64,000 nt of DNA from an uncultured Planctomycetota bacterium (GTDB lineage: Bacteria > Planctomycetota > Planctomycetia > Isosphaerales > Isosphaeraceae): positions 32,001 through 96,000 of the forward strand of contig CAWJTV010000036.1 in assembly GCA_963845755.1 (NCBI GenBank), written 5' to 3'. Shown one piece after another: positions 1 through 12,100 of the stretch. The position numbers and the translations under genes are program-made. The number at the start of each line of letters is the position of its first letter. Position 1 is the stretch's first letter. A model generated the notes under the pieces. The model was not told the DNA's origin, searched no databases, and saw nothing but the letters and a program-made list of their open reading frames with translations.

Positions 1-2225
1 CGATTCGGACACGGCGCGCCCGTAATGTTCGGCCAGCGCGAGCGGCGAATGGATCGGGTCGTCTCCGAGCAGGCCGGTCACCGCCGCAGTCGCCGGCAAG
101 GCCGGCGATCCTTGATCGGAGAGGAGGACATTTCCGACAGCGACATATCCCTCGGGGCCGCAACCGGCCGGCGGGCCCATGTCGTGGAGGTCTTGCGTCG
201 TGGAGTCCGCGAACTCGAGGTAGGCGCGTCGGCCTCGCCACATCTCCAGGTCGAATGTATGCCAGCGAGGGGCGTCGTCGTTGAGGATGAACCGAAGCCG
301 GCCGTAGAGCGGATCCTGGATCATCACGAAGTGTTCGATGACCACGTTCACCCGCGACGCCTTCCCTGCGGCCAGGACGTGCAGGAATCGACGGTCGATG
401 GAGAACGACGGCGAGCGGAGCGTTCCTTGCAACCGTCGCGAAAGTTGACCGCTGTGGGCCCAGGCTCCGCTTCGAACCAGACTGACGACCGGTCGTATGG
501 CTTCGGCCCCGAGGAGGATCTCGCCCGGTCGCAACGGCGCCTGGCCGAACGCCTGGTCCTCGACGAACCAGCCTTTGAAGCCCGATCGGCTGAAGTCGGC
601 CAGGACGATGTCCTTCTCGCGCCGAGGGGCGAGGGCTTTCAAGGCCCGCGTCGCTTCCTGGATCTCTCGCCAGCGCCGCCACAGTCTCGGACGTTGGTCC
701 GGGCCCGAGATCGGCGATGCGCCGCCAGGCGAACATCGGGTGGCTCGAATCCGAAACGGATTCCTTCGCCGCGTTCACCCACCGCCGTAAGCGATCCGGA
801 TCGAGGCCCTGGTCTTTGGAAACTCGCGGCAGGTCCTTATCCGATCGGACGCGGAGGGCCGCCAACAGGTAGCGGGGAATCCTCGCGGCGTGCGACGCCC
901 CTGCTGCGCCGAATGCCCGACCGATCTCGATCCGGAGCGCAGCCATCCGGGCAGCCGCGGCGTCGAGCTCGACGCCGTTCAGCAGCGTCTGTGTATATCG
1001 AGAGCTCTTCAGATAACCATAGAGGCCGTAGTAATCCTCCTGGGTGATCGGGTCGAACTTGTGGTCGTGGCAGCGGGCGCAGGCGATGGTCAGGCCGAGG
1101 AAGGTCTTGCCCATCACGTCGAGGCGGTTGTCGAAGGAGTCCGCCTGGGCCTGCCGCAAGTCGAACGGGCGACCGCTTGCCCTCGCTCATCCAGAAGAAG
1201 GCGGTGGCAAGGACCGATTCGTTGTCGTCGCCGTCGGGGAGATATCGTGGGTCGTCGAGCAGGTCGCCGCCGAGGTGTTCGAGGATGAGCCGATCATAGG
1301 GCAGGTCGGCGTTGAAGGCGCGGACGAGGTAGTCGCGATACCGCCAGGCGTTGGGGATGGGCATGTCGGCTTCATTGCCGAGCGTGTCGCTGTAGCGGAC
1401 GAGATCCATCCAGTGCCGGGCCCATCGCTCGCCGAATCGCGGCGAAGCCAGCAGCCGGTCGGCCACCCGCTCCAGCGCATCGAGCGACTGGTCCTGGAGA
1501 AAGTTCTCGACCTCCTCCGTCGTCGGGGGCAGCCCGAGGAGGGCGAAGTGGATCCGCCGGAGTAACGACCGGCGGTCCGCTGGCGGCGCCGGTCGCAGGC
1601 CGGCGGCGTCGAGCCGGGCGAGAATGAACGGGTCGACGCGGGTCCGCACCCACCCCTCATCCGCGACAGCCGGCGGCGCCGAGGTCCGCACGGGTTGCCA
1701 GGCCCAGTGTGTGGCCCGCCGATGCCCCATGTCGGGGCGACTCGCCGCCGCGGTCGCCTGAACAACGCTGCCCGACCAGGGGGCTCCCAGCTCGACCCAC
1801 CGCACCAGGTCGGCCACCTGCTCGGCCGACAACCGGCCCCGGGGCGGCATCTGAAGCTCCGGGTTCGCGTACCGGACGGCCTCGATGAGCCGACTCCGTT
1901 CCGGCTGCCCCAGGACCAGGCCCGGGCCACTCTCGCCACCCTTGAGCAGGCCCTCGCGACTATCCACCAGGAGCCCGGCCTTGACCTTCTCGGCCTTCGC
2001 CGAATGGCACCGATAGCAGTGTTCCACCAGCAGCGGCCGCACTCGACTCTCGAAGAAGCTGGCCCCGGCCTCGTCCGTCCCGCCGGCCAGGACGGGGCTG
2101 GCGCAGACGAAGAGCGATGCCACCAGGCATAATTGGCGCGGAAGCAGTCGGCTTCGGAGATCAGGGAGAGGATGTTGAGGCATCATCGGGCGCTTCATAG
2201 AGCCTGAACGATCGGTTGGAATCAT
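1..2225 (-). CDS. Planctomycete cytochrome c + DUF1549(/DUF1553)-type protein; runs off the window edge; frameshift near 1165
   Basis: N-terminal CYRCH heme motif; HWAWQP and FGERWARHWMDLVRY motifs; after removing one base near 1165 the frame continues DLRQAQADSFDNRLDVMGKTFLGLTIACARCHDHKFDP. True start may be 2198 or 2186. Confidence 0.85.
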
Positions 2226-2319
2226 CCGTGCGGCTGTTCCAAGTCTATCCTCGAGAGGATGGCGAGGGAATCACAACCCTGGAATTCCGGACGAGCGAGT
2301 TTCGAGCGAAGGAGATCGC

Positions 2320-3090
2320 ATGAGTCGGCAACTCTTTGATTTGACGGGACGCGTGGCTCTCGTGACCGGGGGCAGCAAGGGACTCGGCAAGGCGATGGCC
2401 CGAGGTTTCGCGGAGGCAGGCGCCGACGTCGTCATCTCCAGCCGACACGAGGACGAACTCCGTTCCACGGCGGCCGAGATCCGCTCGGCCGCGGGCGTGA
2501 GGGTCGCCCATTTCGTCGCCGACATGACGCGCCGCGAGGACGTTCGGCGACTCGCCGACCAGGCGTTCGAGGAGATGGGCCATGTCGACATCCTGGTCAA
2601 CAACGCCGGTACGAATGCCCCGCAGCCGATCGACGAGATCCGCGACGAGGACTGGGACCGGCTCGTCGAGCTGAACCTGAACTCGTGCATGGCCCTGACA
2701 CGCTCGCTGGTCGGGCCGATGAAGGAACGTCAATGGGGGCGGATTATCTACATTTCCTCGATCATGGGATTCACCTCGGCGCCGGGACGAAGTGCGTACT
2801 CGGCCACCAAGAGCGCCCTGACCGGCCTGACTCGTGCCGTCGCGAACGACCTGGGCAGTTTCGGAATCACCGTCAACTGCCTGGCCCCCGGACCGTTCCT
2901 GACAGACCTTCCCGCCAGCCTCTTGACCGAAGCGCAGCGGTCGGCCTTCGCTCAGCGAACGGTCCTGGGCCGCTGGGGGAGTCCCGAGGAGCTGGTGGGA
3001 CCGGCCCTGTTACTGGCGAGCGAGGCGGGAAGCTACATCACCGGCGCGACGCTGGTCGTGGACGGCGGAGCCCTGGTGAAGGCCTTCTGA
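2320..3090 (+). CDS. Short-chain dehydrogenase/reductase (SDR)
   Basis: TGGSKGLG, NNAG and YSATK motifs; AAGGAG RBS upstream. Confidence 0.95.
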   Translation: MSRQLFDLTGRVALVTGGSKGLGKAMARGFAEAGADVVISSRHEDELRSTAAEIRSAAGVRVAHFVADMTRREDVRRLADQAFEEMGHVDILVNNAGTNAPQPIDEIRDEDWDRLVELNLNSCMALTRSLVGPMKERQWGRIIYISSIMGFTSAPGRSAYSATKSALTGLTRAVANDLGSFGITVNCLAPGPFLTDLPASLLTEAQRSAFAQRTVLGRWGSPEELVGPALLLASEAGSYITGATLVVDGGALVKAF

Positions 3091-3197
3091 CACGCGCCTG
3101 TCACGGATTATGACTCCGGCATCCAGGATTCGCACCAATCCTGACAGCCGATTCGGTCCAGCAACCGTCCGTCGCAACTCCCGGAATACAAGCGATC

Positions 3198-3281
3198 AAC
3201 CACGGAATCCACGGGAAGACGCGGAAAAAAGAATGAGGATCTACTTTCCTCTTTCCGTGTCCGTCCGTGTTTTCCGTGGTT
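3198..3281. repeat. Imperfect intergenic palindrome (REP-like or terminator-like) between convergent genes
   Basis: AACCACGGAA...TTCCGTGGTT with internal CACGG/CCGTG sub-repeats. Confidence 0.6.
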
Positions 3282-3342
3282 AATCGTTTGTGACGATCTT
3301 TCTTCCCGGAGTAATAACCCTGGAATTCCAGCGATACCGGCG

Positions 3343-4721
3343 TCATTCGCGCGGTACGGACGAGAACAGGTCGCCGAGCCCCTCGGCCATCGTCGGGTGT
3401 GTCAGGACCATGTCCCTCAGCACCGTGTACGGTAGTCCGGCCGCCATCGCGACCTGGGCGGCGGCCATGATTTCGCCGGCCTCGACCCCGAATCCAGTGA
3501 AACCGAGTATGCGGTCGCCGCCTTTCTCGATCAGCGCCTTCAGGAAACCCCGCGTCTCGGAAAGCGTCCGGGTCCGCAGCACGGCTTCCAGAGGGATCTT
3601 GACCAGGCGGTACGCGACACCGCGCTCGCGGGCCTCCCGCTCGCTCAGCCCGACCCGGGCCAGTTCCGGATCGGTGAACAGGCAGAACGGCACCTGCCGC
3701 CCGGTGGTCACGCGATTCCCGCCGGAGAGGTTGTCCAGCACCACGCGGAAATCGTCGACTCCGATGTGCGTGAAGTACGGGCTGCCGGCGCAGTCGCCCG
3801 CCGCCCAGACGTCCTTTGCCGTCGTTTGCAATCGTTCATTGACCTTGACGTGACCGCGCTCGTCGGTCTCGACCCCGGCCTTCTCGAGGCCAATGCCGTC
3901 GGTGTTCGGGGTGCGCCCCCCGGCGACGAGGAGGTGCGTCCCCTCGATAGCGCCGCGCGCCGTACTCAGGCGGACGGACTGTCCGGATCTCCCTTCGACG
4001 CGCTGGACGGCGGTCCCGGTCAGGACCGCGATCCCCTCGTCCCGGAAGAGTTGCTCGACCGCCTCGGTCACGTCCGGGTCTTCGCGGTGAATCAGCGAGC
4101 CGTTCCGTTCGACCACGGTCACGCGGCTACCGAGGCGGCGGAAGACCTGCGCCAGCTCGAGGCCCACGTAGCCGCCGCCCAGGACGATCAGGTGTTCCGG
4201 GAGGTGATCCAGCTCCAGGGCCTCGACATGAGTCAGCGGGCGCGACTCCGAGAGGCCGGGGGTGTCGTCGATCCGGCGCGCGAGCCGGTGTTGATCACGA
4301 CGGTCTGGCCGCGGAGTGTCCGGGTCCCGCCCGCGTTGAGCGCGACCTCGACAGTCTTCGGCGCGACGAAGCGTCCGCTGCCCATGACGAGTTCCGCGCC
4401 GCTCTCCCGGTACTTCTGCTGATGGATCGCGACCAGCCCGTCGACCATCTTCCGCTTGCGGTCGCGGACGACGGGCATCTCGACCTTCCACGCGCCGGTG
4501 GTGATCCCGAACTCGGCGCCCCTGCGGAAATAGCTCGCGACCTTCGCGCTATGGACCACGTTCTTGCTCGGGAGGCACGCGATGTTCGGGCAGGACCCCC
4601 CGACATACCGCCGCTCGATCACGGCCAGGCGCTTCCCCTGCGAGGCCAGCGTCCAGGCAAGGAGTTTGCCGGGCGCTCCACTGCCCAGAACGACCAGGTC
4701 ATATTCTTCCGTCGTGGACAT
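3343..4721 (-). CDS. Class I pyridine nucleotide-disulfide oxidoreductase (MerA/LpdA/RclA-like); frameshift near 4280
   Basis: GSGAPG FAD motif, redox-active GGSCPNIAC, GGGYVGLE, AAGD, C-terminal THPTMAE; no C-terminal Cys-Cys pair. Confidence 0.9.
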
Positions 4722-4795
4722 GGTTCCCTCCTCAATCGGGGATGAGCTCATCGAAAACTTGCCACCGGAGAAGACAATCGAGATGCTATCATTGC

Positions 4796-5166
4796 TCATC
4801 GACGGATCGAATAATAGTACCCGTTGCTCGTGATCGTTCCCGGATTCGACGCCGGGACCTGGTAAACGGGTTGAGGAGAATAGTACCAGTAGCCGGTGAC
4901 CGGTGCCGGGACCGGATAGACCGGTTGGGGGTAGTAATACCAGTAACCTGCGACCGCTCCTGGGATCGCCGCCGGGATTTGGTAGTTGGCTTGCCCGCGG
5001 GGGAATCCGGCATAGCGACCTCGGCCGGAGCTCCCGCCCCCTGCCGGGCGCCGGAGGAGTAGCGGAGCAACTCTTCGCCTCTTGCAGGCGCCGCCGAGCC
5101 GAGGATGACCGATGCCCCCACCGCAAGAGCCGCCACGAAAAGCAACGCCCGCAAATAAGCACGCAT
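4796..5166 (-). CDS. Small secreted Tyr/Trp/Pro-rich repeat protein (one-base frameshift in homopolymer near 5040)
   Basis: Signal-peptide-like N-terminus MRAYLRALLFVAALAVGASVILGSAAPARG; corrected frame reads GYWYYYPQPVYPVPAPVTGYWYYSPQPVYQVPAS...GYYYSIRR*. Confidence 0.55.
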
Positions 5167-5339
5167 GGTGAACCTCTCAGTCGTCTGAAGCCCAGAATGT
5201 TCACATCCGACACTCCTTCGACGCCGGGACTCTCGAGGTTCTTACTCACCTCCTCGCGAACGCTCGCAACTTCGTGCCGGGCCCCCGACACGGCGTTCTT
5301 CAGGGGCAGGGCCAAGGATTCGCCGTCCCGCGACGTGGC

Positions 5340-5475
5340 ATGGGAGAGGGCTTCGATGGCCATCGCCCGGAAGGTCGTCCTGAACCGCGGAGTCGTGGCC
5401 GACGTGGCACAACTCCGCCGTGCCGGCTATACTAACGGCGAGGTCGGTGAGATCGTGGCCGACGTGGCGTTATGA
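5340..5475 (+). pseudogene. Fragment of AhpD/carboxymuconolactone decarboxylase-like gene
   Basis: AIARKVVLNRGVVADVAQLRRAGYTNGEVGEIVADVAL resembles the C-terminal half of AhpD-like proteins; no start, premature stop. Confidence 0.5.
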
Positions 5476-5550
5476 CGTTCAGTGGCACTCGGCCGGATGA
5501 TTCGGATCAGACCGGACGGCAACTGGGCAGCTCGATCGGTGGCGGCCATC

Positions 5551-6162
5551 ATGGACCGGGACAACGAGACCTGGCGGACGCACCTGGATGGCACGGGCCC
5601 GGACCAGCAGGCGGCCCTGTCGGACCTGCGCGATGCGCTGTTGGGCGGGTTGCGGCGGGCGTTGTCGCATCGGGCCGGTGTCGGTGACGCGTTCGTGGAA
5701 GATGTCGTCCAGGACGCGCTCGTCCGCATCCTCGAGCGGCTCCCGCAGTTCGAGGGGCGGAGCCGGTTCCTGACTTGGGCGATCTCCATCGCCATCCGCG
5801 TCGCCATGAGCGAGCTGCGACGCCAGCGGTGGAAGGACGTGTCCCTCGACGCGGTGGTCGCCGACGCCGATCTCCCGCCGGTACGAGCCATCGATGACGG
5901 ACCCGGCCCGGACGCATTGTCGGAGCGCGAGGCGATCCTCGACGCGATGCACTTGGTGATCCGGGACGGGCTGACGGAAAAGCAGCGCGCGGTGCTGCTT
6001 GCGGAATTGCGAGGGGTGCCCCTGGACGAGATCGCCCGGCACCTCGGCAGCAATCGCAACGCCGTCTACAAGCTGACGCACGACGCACGCAAGCGGCTGA
6101 AACGGGGGCTGGAGGCGGCCGGGTTCACGGCCGAGGACATCGGCACCGCGTTCGCCGGGTGA
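5551..6162 (+). CDS. ECF RNA polymerase sigma factor
   Basis: Region 2 EDVVQDALVRILERLPQFEGRSRFLTWA; region 4 LDEIARHLGSNRNAVYKLTHDARKRLK. Confidence 0.9.
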   Translation: MDRDNETWRTHLDGTGPDQQAALSDLRDALLGGLRRALSHRAGVGDAFVEDVVQDALVRILERLPQFEGRSRFLTWAISIAIRVAMSELRRQRWKDVSLDAVVADADLPPVRAIDDGPGPDALSEREAILDAMHLVIRDGLTEKQRAVLLAELRGVPLDEIARHLGSNRNAVYKLTHDARKRLKRGLEAAGFTAEDIGTAFAG

Positions 6163-6172
6163 GGACAGGACC

Positions 6173-6409
6173 ATGTCGCTCTCGAAGGAAGAAATCGACG
6201 ACCTCGTGCGGCAGATCAGCCTCACGAGGGACGAGGAGATCGATTGCGAGCGGTGCCTGGCGCTGGTCGCCGAGTTCGCCGAGCGGGAGCTCGCCGGCCA
6301 GTCGGTCCCGGCCGGCCTGGAGGCCGTCGCGCATCACCTGTCGATCTGCGCGGACTGCTGCGAGGAGTACGAGGCGCTCCTTCAGGCGTTGAAGGCCATG
6401 GACCGGTGA
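6173..6409 (+). CDS. Small soluble zinc-binding (ZAS-type) anti-sigma factor
   Basis: HLSICADC (HxxxCxxC) plus upstream CERC; directly downstream of the ECF gene with an RBS. Confidence 0.75.
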   Translation: MSLSKEEIDDLVRQISLTRDEEIDCERCLALVAEFAERELAGQSVPAGLEAVAHHLSICADCCEEYEALLQALKAMDR

Positions 6410-6594
6410 TACGACGCTTCGGCGGGGATCTCGGGAGACCAACGCCGACCGGGCCCCTGATTCGATCGCCGCGTCGTGTCGTCGAACCGACGCGCGCAGG
6501 CTTTTGGGGGATCCAAGGCACGACGAAGGTTCGCTTGCTTTCAGCTACTGGCGTCCAGGCCTCGCCGTAACGTGTTCCCGGGGTGCCCGTAGGC

Positions 6595-7572
6595 TCATTT
6601 CTTCGCCTCATCGAACTCCTCGGCAGCAATCGACATAGATTGCGCGCCACGCTCACGCACTTGGGCTTTCGGCGTGCGGTCGATCAGCAGGCTGAGCAGT
6701 TCCGGGCGACTGTAGTGGCCGCGCGAATCCATCAACCGCTTCCGCTCGTCGATCGAGCGGAAATCGAGGTCGGCGATCAGCACACCTTCACCCGAACGTA
6801 CCGGCGCGCCGAGCAATCCGCCCTCCGGGGAGACGATCGCGGTGAAGCAGCCGCCCGAGATCGGGCCGATCGCGCAACCGGTGTCCTGCATGATCCGGGC
6901 CTGCTGATCGGCGTCCAGCCAGGCGGTGGCGCAGACGACGAAGCAGCCGGATTCCAGGGCGTGCTGGCGGATATTGACCTGGATCTGCTCGGCGAATGCC
7001 TCGCCCGCGAACGAGCCGGGATACATCGCCGAGTGGATCTGCTCGCCGTCGACCATCAGGGCGTAACGGGCGAGCGGGTTGTAATGCTCCCAGCACGCGA
7101 GCGAGCCGATGCGCCCGACCGCGCTGTCGACAGCGCGCAGCCCCGAGCCGTCGCCCTGCCCCCAGACCATGCGCTCGTGGTAGGTCGGGGAGATCTTGCG
7201 GCGATGCTGGAGCAGCCCACCGTCGGCATCGAACAGTAATTGTGCGTTGTAGAGCGTGCCGCCGTCGCGCTCGTTCACGCCGATGGACACCACCGTCCCC
7301 GCCTGCTTGCAGGCCTCGCCGATGGCCTGGGTGGCGGCCGACGGGACGGTGACCGCTTGCTCGAGCAAGCGGTGGTGTTCCGCGCCCATCTTGAACGGCG
7401 GCTGCACGAAGGAGAAGTAGGGGTAGTAGGGCACCACCGTCTCCGGGAAGGTGGCGAACTGCACGCCCTGGCGACCGAGGGCGAGGATCTGCCGGCAGAC
7501 CTTGTCCACGGTGCCTTCGCGGCTGTAGAGGACCGGACTCAACTGGACGGCGGCGGCCTTGATGACGGTCAT
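6595..7572 (-). CDS. Nitrilase (carbon-nitrogen hydrolase)
   Basis: Catalytic E-K-C triad motifs [22 protein letters not shown]-terminal GHYSRP. Confidence 0.93.
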   Translation of the reverse strand: MTVIKAAAVQLSPVLYSREGTVDKVCRQILALGRQGVQFATFPETVVPYYPYFSFVQPPFKMGAEHHRLLEQAVTVPSAATQAIGEACKQAGTVVSIGVNERDGGTLYNAQLLFDADGGLLQHRRKISPTYHERMVWGQGDGSGLRAVDSAVGRIGSLACWEHYNPLARYALMVDGEQIHSAMYPGSFAGEAFAEQIQVNIRQHALESGCFVVCATAWLDADQQARIMQDTGCAIGPISGGCFTAIVSPEGGLLGAPVRSGEGVLIADLDFRSIDERKRLMDSRGHYSRPELLSLLIDRTPKAQVRERGAQSMSIAAEEFDEAKK

Positions 7573-7633
7573 CGCGGATCCCCAATTGTTTGACGTCGGC
7601 AAATCGGTATCTCTTGACATGCGGCCTCGCTTC

Positions 7634-8572
7634 TCAGTGAGAAACAGGGGCCGGTTTGCTCGAACCGAAGAGCTCGGGGTGTTTCGCGACGTACTCCCGA
7701 ATACTCGTCGCCGGCCTGCCGATGATCGCCTCGAAATCGTGGGTCAGCCGGTCATACCGGTTGTCGGCATGGAGCTGGGCCATCGTCTTGAGGTGACCGG
7801 CGACGTGCTCGGGCAGCCCGCGAGCGGCGAGCTCACGCTTTCGCCATTCCGCCATCGGTACATCGACGTAGGTGATCGTCCGCCCGAGGGCCTCGGAGTA
7901 TTCCGACGCCACGGCCCGCATGTCCTCCGACTTCGGCCCGGTCAATTCGATCACCCGGCCGACTTGGGCTTCCGGGTGTTCCAGGACGGCCGCGATCACC
8001 TCCGCGACATCCCTCGTATCGATCGGGGAGGTCCTCGCGTCCCCGAAGGGCAGCCGGATCGTGCCGTCCCTCGCGATCGATTCGGCGGCCCATTGGGTGA
8101 AGAAGAAGTGCTGGAGGAAGACCGTGGCTCGGACGTGGACCACGGGCAGCCCGGACCAGTTCAGGGCCTGCTCTCCCAGCCAGTGCATCCGCTGCTGGAG
8201 CGAGTCGGTCATCGCCAGGAGGCTCATCTGCGAGACGGTCAGTTGGGAGATGTTGACGAACGCCTCCAGGCCACCCAGCTCGCGGGCGACCGCGGCGACG
8301 GTGACTGTCGCTTCCAGGTAGGGCGCGGACACGCTCATGCCGAAATACAGGCGACGGCAGCCGTCGAGGGCCCGCGCGACGTCCTCGGCCCGGGTGAGAT
8401 CGCCCACGACGACCTCGGTGCCTGTCGCCCGGAGCGCCTCGGCCCGATGGTCATCCGTCCGCGCCAGGGCCCGGACCGGCAGGCCCTTGCTGCGAAGGAT
8501 GGCGACCACCTCTCCGCCCACCCCTCCGATACGGCCTGCGGCGCCGGTGACGAGGATCGGTGATTGCGACAT
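7634..8572 (-). CDS. NmrA-like NAD(P)H-binding protein
   Basis: [14 protein letters not shown] and [11 protein letters not shown] motifs. Confidence 0.88.
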   Translation of the reverse strand: MSQSPILVTGAAGRIGGVGGEVVAILRSKGLPVRALARTDDHRAEALRATGTEVVVGDLTRAEDVARALDGCRRLYFGMSVSAPYLEATVTVAAVARELGGLEAFVNISQLTVSQMSLLAMTDSLQQRMHWLGEQALNWSGLPVVHVRATVFLQHFFFTQWAAESIARDGTIRLPFGDARTSPIDTRDVAEVIAAVLEHPEAQVGRVIELTGPKSEDMRAVASEYSEALGRTITYVDVPMAEWRKRELAARGLPEHVAGHLKTMAQLHADNRYDRLTHDFEAIIGRPATSIREYVAKHPELFGSSKPAPVSH

Positions 8573-9167
8573 GGACGCGGCCCCTTTCTCTGCGATCCGG
8601 GTCTTGCCTGGATTCGGAACCGGAGGCGCCTGCCTCCGACGACTCGGGTCGCCGATCGCGGAACCGCTTCACGGCCGGCGTCCCGAAGACGAGGAAAGCT
8701 GCGACCTGGCTCCCGACCGCCTGTCGAAGGACCACTGCCCACCCAGGGACACCTTGCTTCAGATCTTTGTCGGTATCGCCCGGAATTTCCAGGTCCTTTC
8801 GACCGGCCTCAACACGCCTTACGTTAGCCACGAAACCGCATAGTATCAACGTCCGGATGTACAACGCCGATCAATTTCTTTGCGTTCAATATCCGTTGTT
8901 GCTATCCTCGCGTTGAGCCCGCGGAGCCGCAATCGAGGGCCCGGTGTGTTCGAGGGGTTTCACTTCCGGGATCAACTCGAAGGAGCCGCCGGCGGGTGTC
9001 GGGAAACCCGTCGGGATCTTGATCGACCGATCGGACGGAGCCATCCTGCCACGTGCACGGCCAGTTCTCGGGGGCTTGTGGAAATCCACACTCGACCCCG
9101 GTGGCGGCCCGCTCCAGGGCAGATACGTCAACTCCCGTGTTCGATCATTCGCCATCGCGAGGTTGAC

Positions 9168-12100
9168 ATGGCTGAAATCCCGACGGCGGACGGGAGCTGG
9201 ATCAACGCGGCGGCCGAGCGGTTCGAGCGCGCCTGGAAGAACGGGGAACGGCCGCGGATCGAGGAGTTCCTCATCTACGTGCCGGAGCCGCAAAGGCCGC
9301 TCCTGTTCCAGGAGCTCATGCGCATCGAGGGGGAGTTGCGTCGCCGCGCCGGCGAGGAGCCCAGCGTCGAAGAGTACCGCCGACGATTCCCGGGGCAAGA
9401 GAACACCGTCAGGGCCGTCTTCGAATCGCCCCTGTCTGCAACCAACGCGGCGGACGAGGCCGAGCCGGTCGGGCCGACTCGCGCCAGTTCCGTGTTCCGT
9501 CCGCCGGCCGGCTCCCCACCGCCCGAACTGGCCAACCACACCGACTACGAGATCGTCCGCGAGCTGGGCGTCGGCGGCATGGGCGTCGTCTACCTCGCCC
9601 ACAACCGCCTGATGGCCCGCCACGAAGTCCTCAAGGTCATCGGCCAGCAAATCGTCGAGCAACCCGGCGTGCTCGACCGCTTCTTGCGGGAGATCCGCGC
9701 CGTCGCCCGGTTGCGACATCCCAACGTCGTGAGCGCGTACTCGGCGTTCCGGTGCGGCACCAGTCTCGTCTTCGCCATGGAATACGTCGAGGGGTTGGAC
9801 CTGCGCCGGATGGTCAAGGCCAAGGGGCCGATGCCCATCAGCCACGCCTGTTATTTCGTCCACCAGGCGGCGTTGGGGTTGCAACACGCGCACGAAGAGG
9901 GGTTGGTCCATCGCGACATCAAGCCCGCGAACCTGATGCTGTCGCACCACAGGAATCGGCCGGTGATCAAGGTCCTCGACTTCGGCCTGTCCAAGGCGGT
10001 CAGCGAGCAGAATGCGAGCGAGCTAACGATCGGCATACCGAGCCTCCCGATGGACTTCGGCGAGCATCTCACATGCACCGGCGCGATGCTCGGCACGCCC
10101 GATTTCATCGCACCCGAGCAGATCGTCGACTCCCAGCGGGCCGACATCCGCGCGGACATCTACAGCCTGGGCTGCACGCTCTATTCCCTGCTGAGCGGTC
10201 ATCCGCCGTACCCGGATCGGAATCTCCAGGACCTCCTCAAGGCCCACTGCTCGCTGGATGCGCGGCCGCTCGTCGACGTGCGTGCCGAGGTGCCCGCCGA
10301 GCTGTCGATGCTGGTCGCCAGGATGATGGCCAGGGAGCCGGCCGGTCGCTTTCAGGAGCCGGCCGAGATCGCCGAGGCGCTGACGCCGTTCTTCAAGAAG
10401 GGGAGCGTCACTGTCGGGGGGGCGAAGCCAGACACCTCTCAGGTGGGACATCCGACGGCCGGAGGGCCGTCGGATGCGACGCGACCGGGTTCGATGTTGG
10501 AGGGCCTGATCGATCTCTCCGAGACGGATCCGCTGTTCGACACGATCCTGGACACCAGCCGGCCCGAGGCCGGCCCGGATCTCCTTCAGCGAGGGACGAC
10601 GGCGGTTGCGAAGCGGCGTCGGCTGGGGCCGCGGGGGTGGTGGGCCGCCGCCGGTGTGTTGCTGCTGGGTCTGTCGGGCGCCTGGTGGGCCGCGATCCTC
10701 AAGACCCAGCACGGGGTGATCGTGATCGAGAATGTGCCTGCGAGCGCGGTCGTTGAGATCGACGGAGACCGGCTGAGGCGCAGCCGCACCGGCGGCGAAC
10801 CCATCCAGATCGAGGCCCGCGCCGGCAAACACGTCGTGCTCGTCAAGCGGGGTGACGACGTGCTCCTGGGCGAGAGCGTGGTCCTCCCATCGGGGAAGCA
10901 ACTGAAGCTCAGCGTGCGTCTCGATCCTCCCGCGGCGGCGCAAACGACGAGAGCCGACACCGCCAAGGGACCATCTCCCCCGGGGCGTCCCACAGCGAAC
11001 GAGTCAACGGATGTCGAGTCCAGCACGCCATCCCCCTCGTCACCGACGACCGTGCTCTCGAACGCCGACCGCAAGTTGGCTCAGGACACCACCAAAGTCG
11101 GCGGGCCGAAGGTCGCGGAAACCGAGCCGGCCGTCGCAAGGAGCAATGGACCCAGGACCCCTGCGCCGCCGGTTGCCGCTATCGATGGCCCCTACCCGTT
11201 CCGGCTCGAGACCAACGGGTTGGGAGGCAGGCGATTCATCGACCCCGTCCGATTCGGTCCCGATGCCCTGGGTTTCAACGAAGGGTCCGCCAATACCGCG
11301 CCTTGGGCGACCAACGACGCCTTCGCCCGGCTCACGACCAAGGGCACGCTCGGCTACCCGCAATTGCCGGTGTCCCGATACGTGTTTGAAGTCGAACTCA
11401 CCTTGAACAAGGGCGGCGACGTCAATTTCCAACTCGGCGACCCGTTCCAGGCATCACACCTCGAGTTTCGATGGAATCCCAAGCAGGAGATGACCGAGTG
11501 TAAGCTGGTTCAATGGTATAATGATGTGGCGTATCACGGCCCGGGACGGAGCTTCACCACGGGCATGCGGATCAAGCTGAGAGTCGTGGTCGGGGACGGC
11601 TGGCAAACGTTGTTCCATGAGGACAACCGGGTTGTATCGACCTTCGCCTGGCCGGCTGACTGCTGTCTGCGGATCCGGTCGGACAACCCGGATTCCGCCG
11701 TGATCCACCGCTGCTCGCTCCGCCCTCTAACGGTCCAGGACCTCGCAGCCTGCGAGTGGCCGATCGCGCCGTCCCACCTGACCTTGGATGCCCGCGAAAC
11801 CGCGGAGCGGCTGGCTCTGATCCTCGCGCGATATCCCGCGCGGCCGAGAGCCGGGAGGCGTTTCGCCCTGAAGACGACCAATACCCCGATGGCGTGGATT
11901 CCGCCCGGCGAATTCGAGATGGGGTCGCGGGACCCGAAGGACGAAGGGCGGCATCGCGTGCGCTTGACGAAGGGGTACTGGATGGCCCAGATCGAGGTCA
12001 CCCAGAGGGAATACAACAAGGTGACCGGTGCGAATCCCAGCCGGTTCGCGGGCTCACCCTATCTGCCGGTGGACTGGGTGGCGTGGGACCAAGCGGCGGC

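Noticed and set aside
3343..4721. Mercuric reductase MerA
   Set aside because: No C-terminal Cys-Cys pair, no N-terminal metal-binding domain, no mer genes nearby
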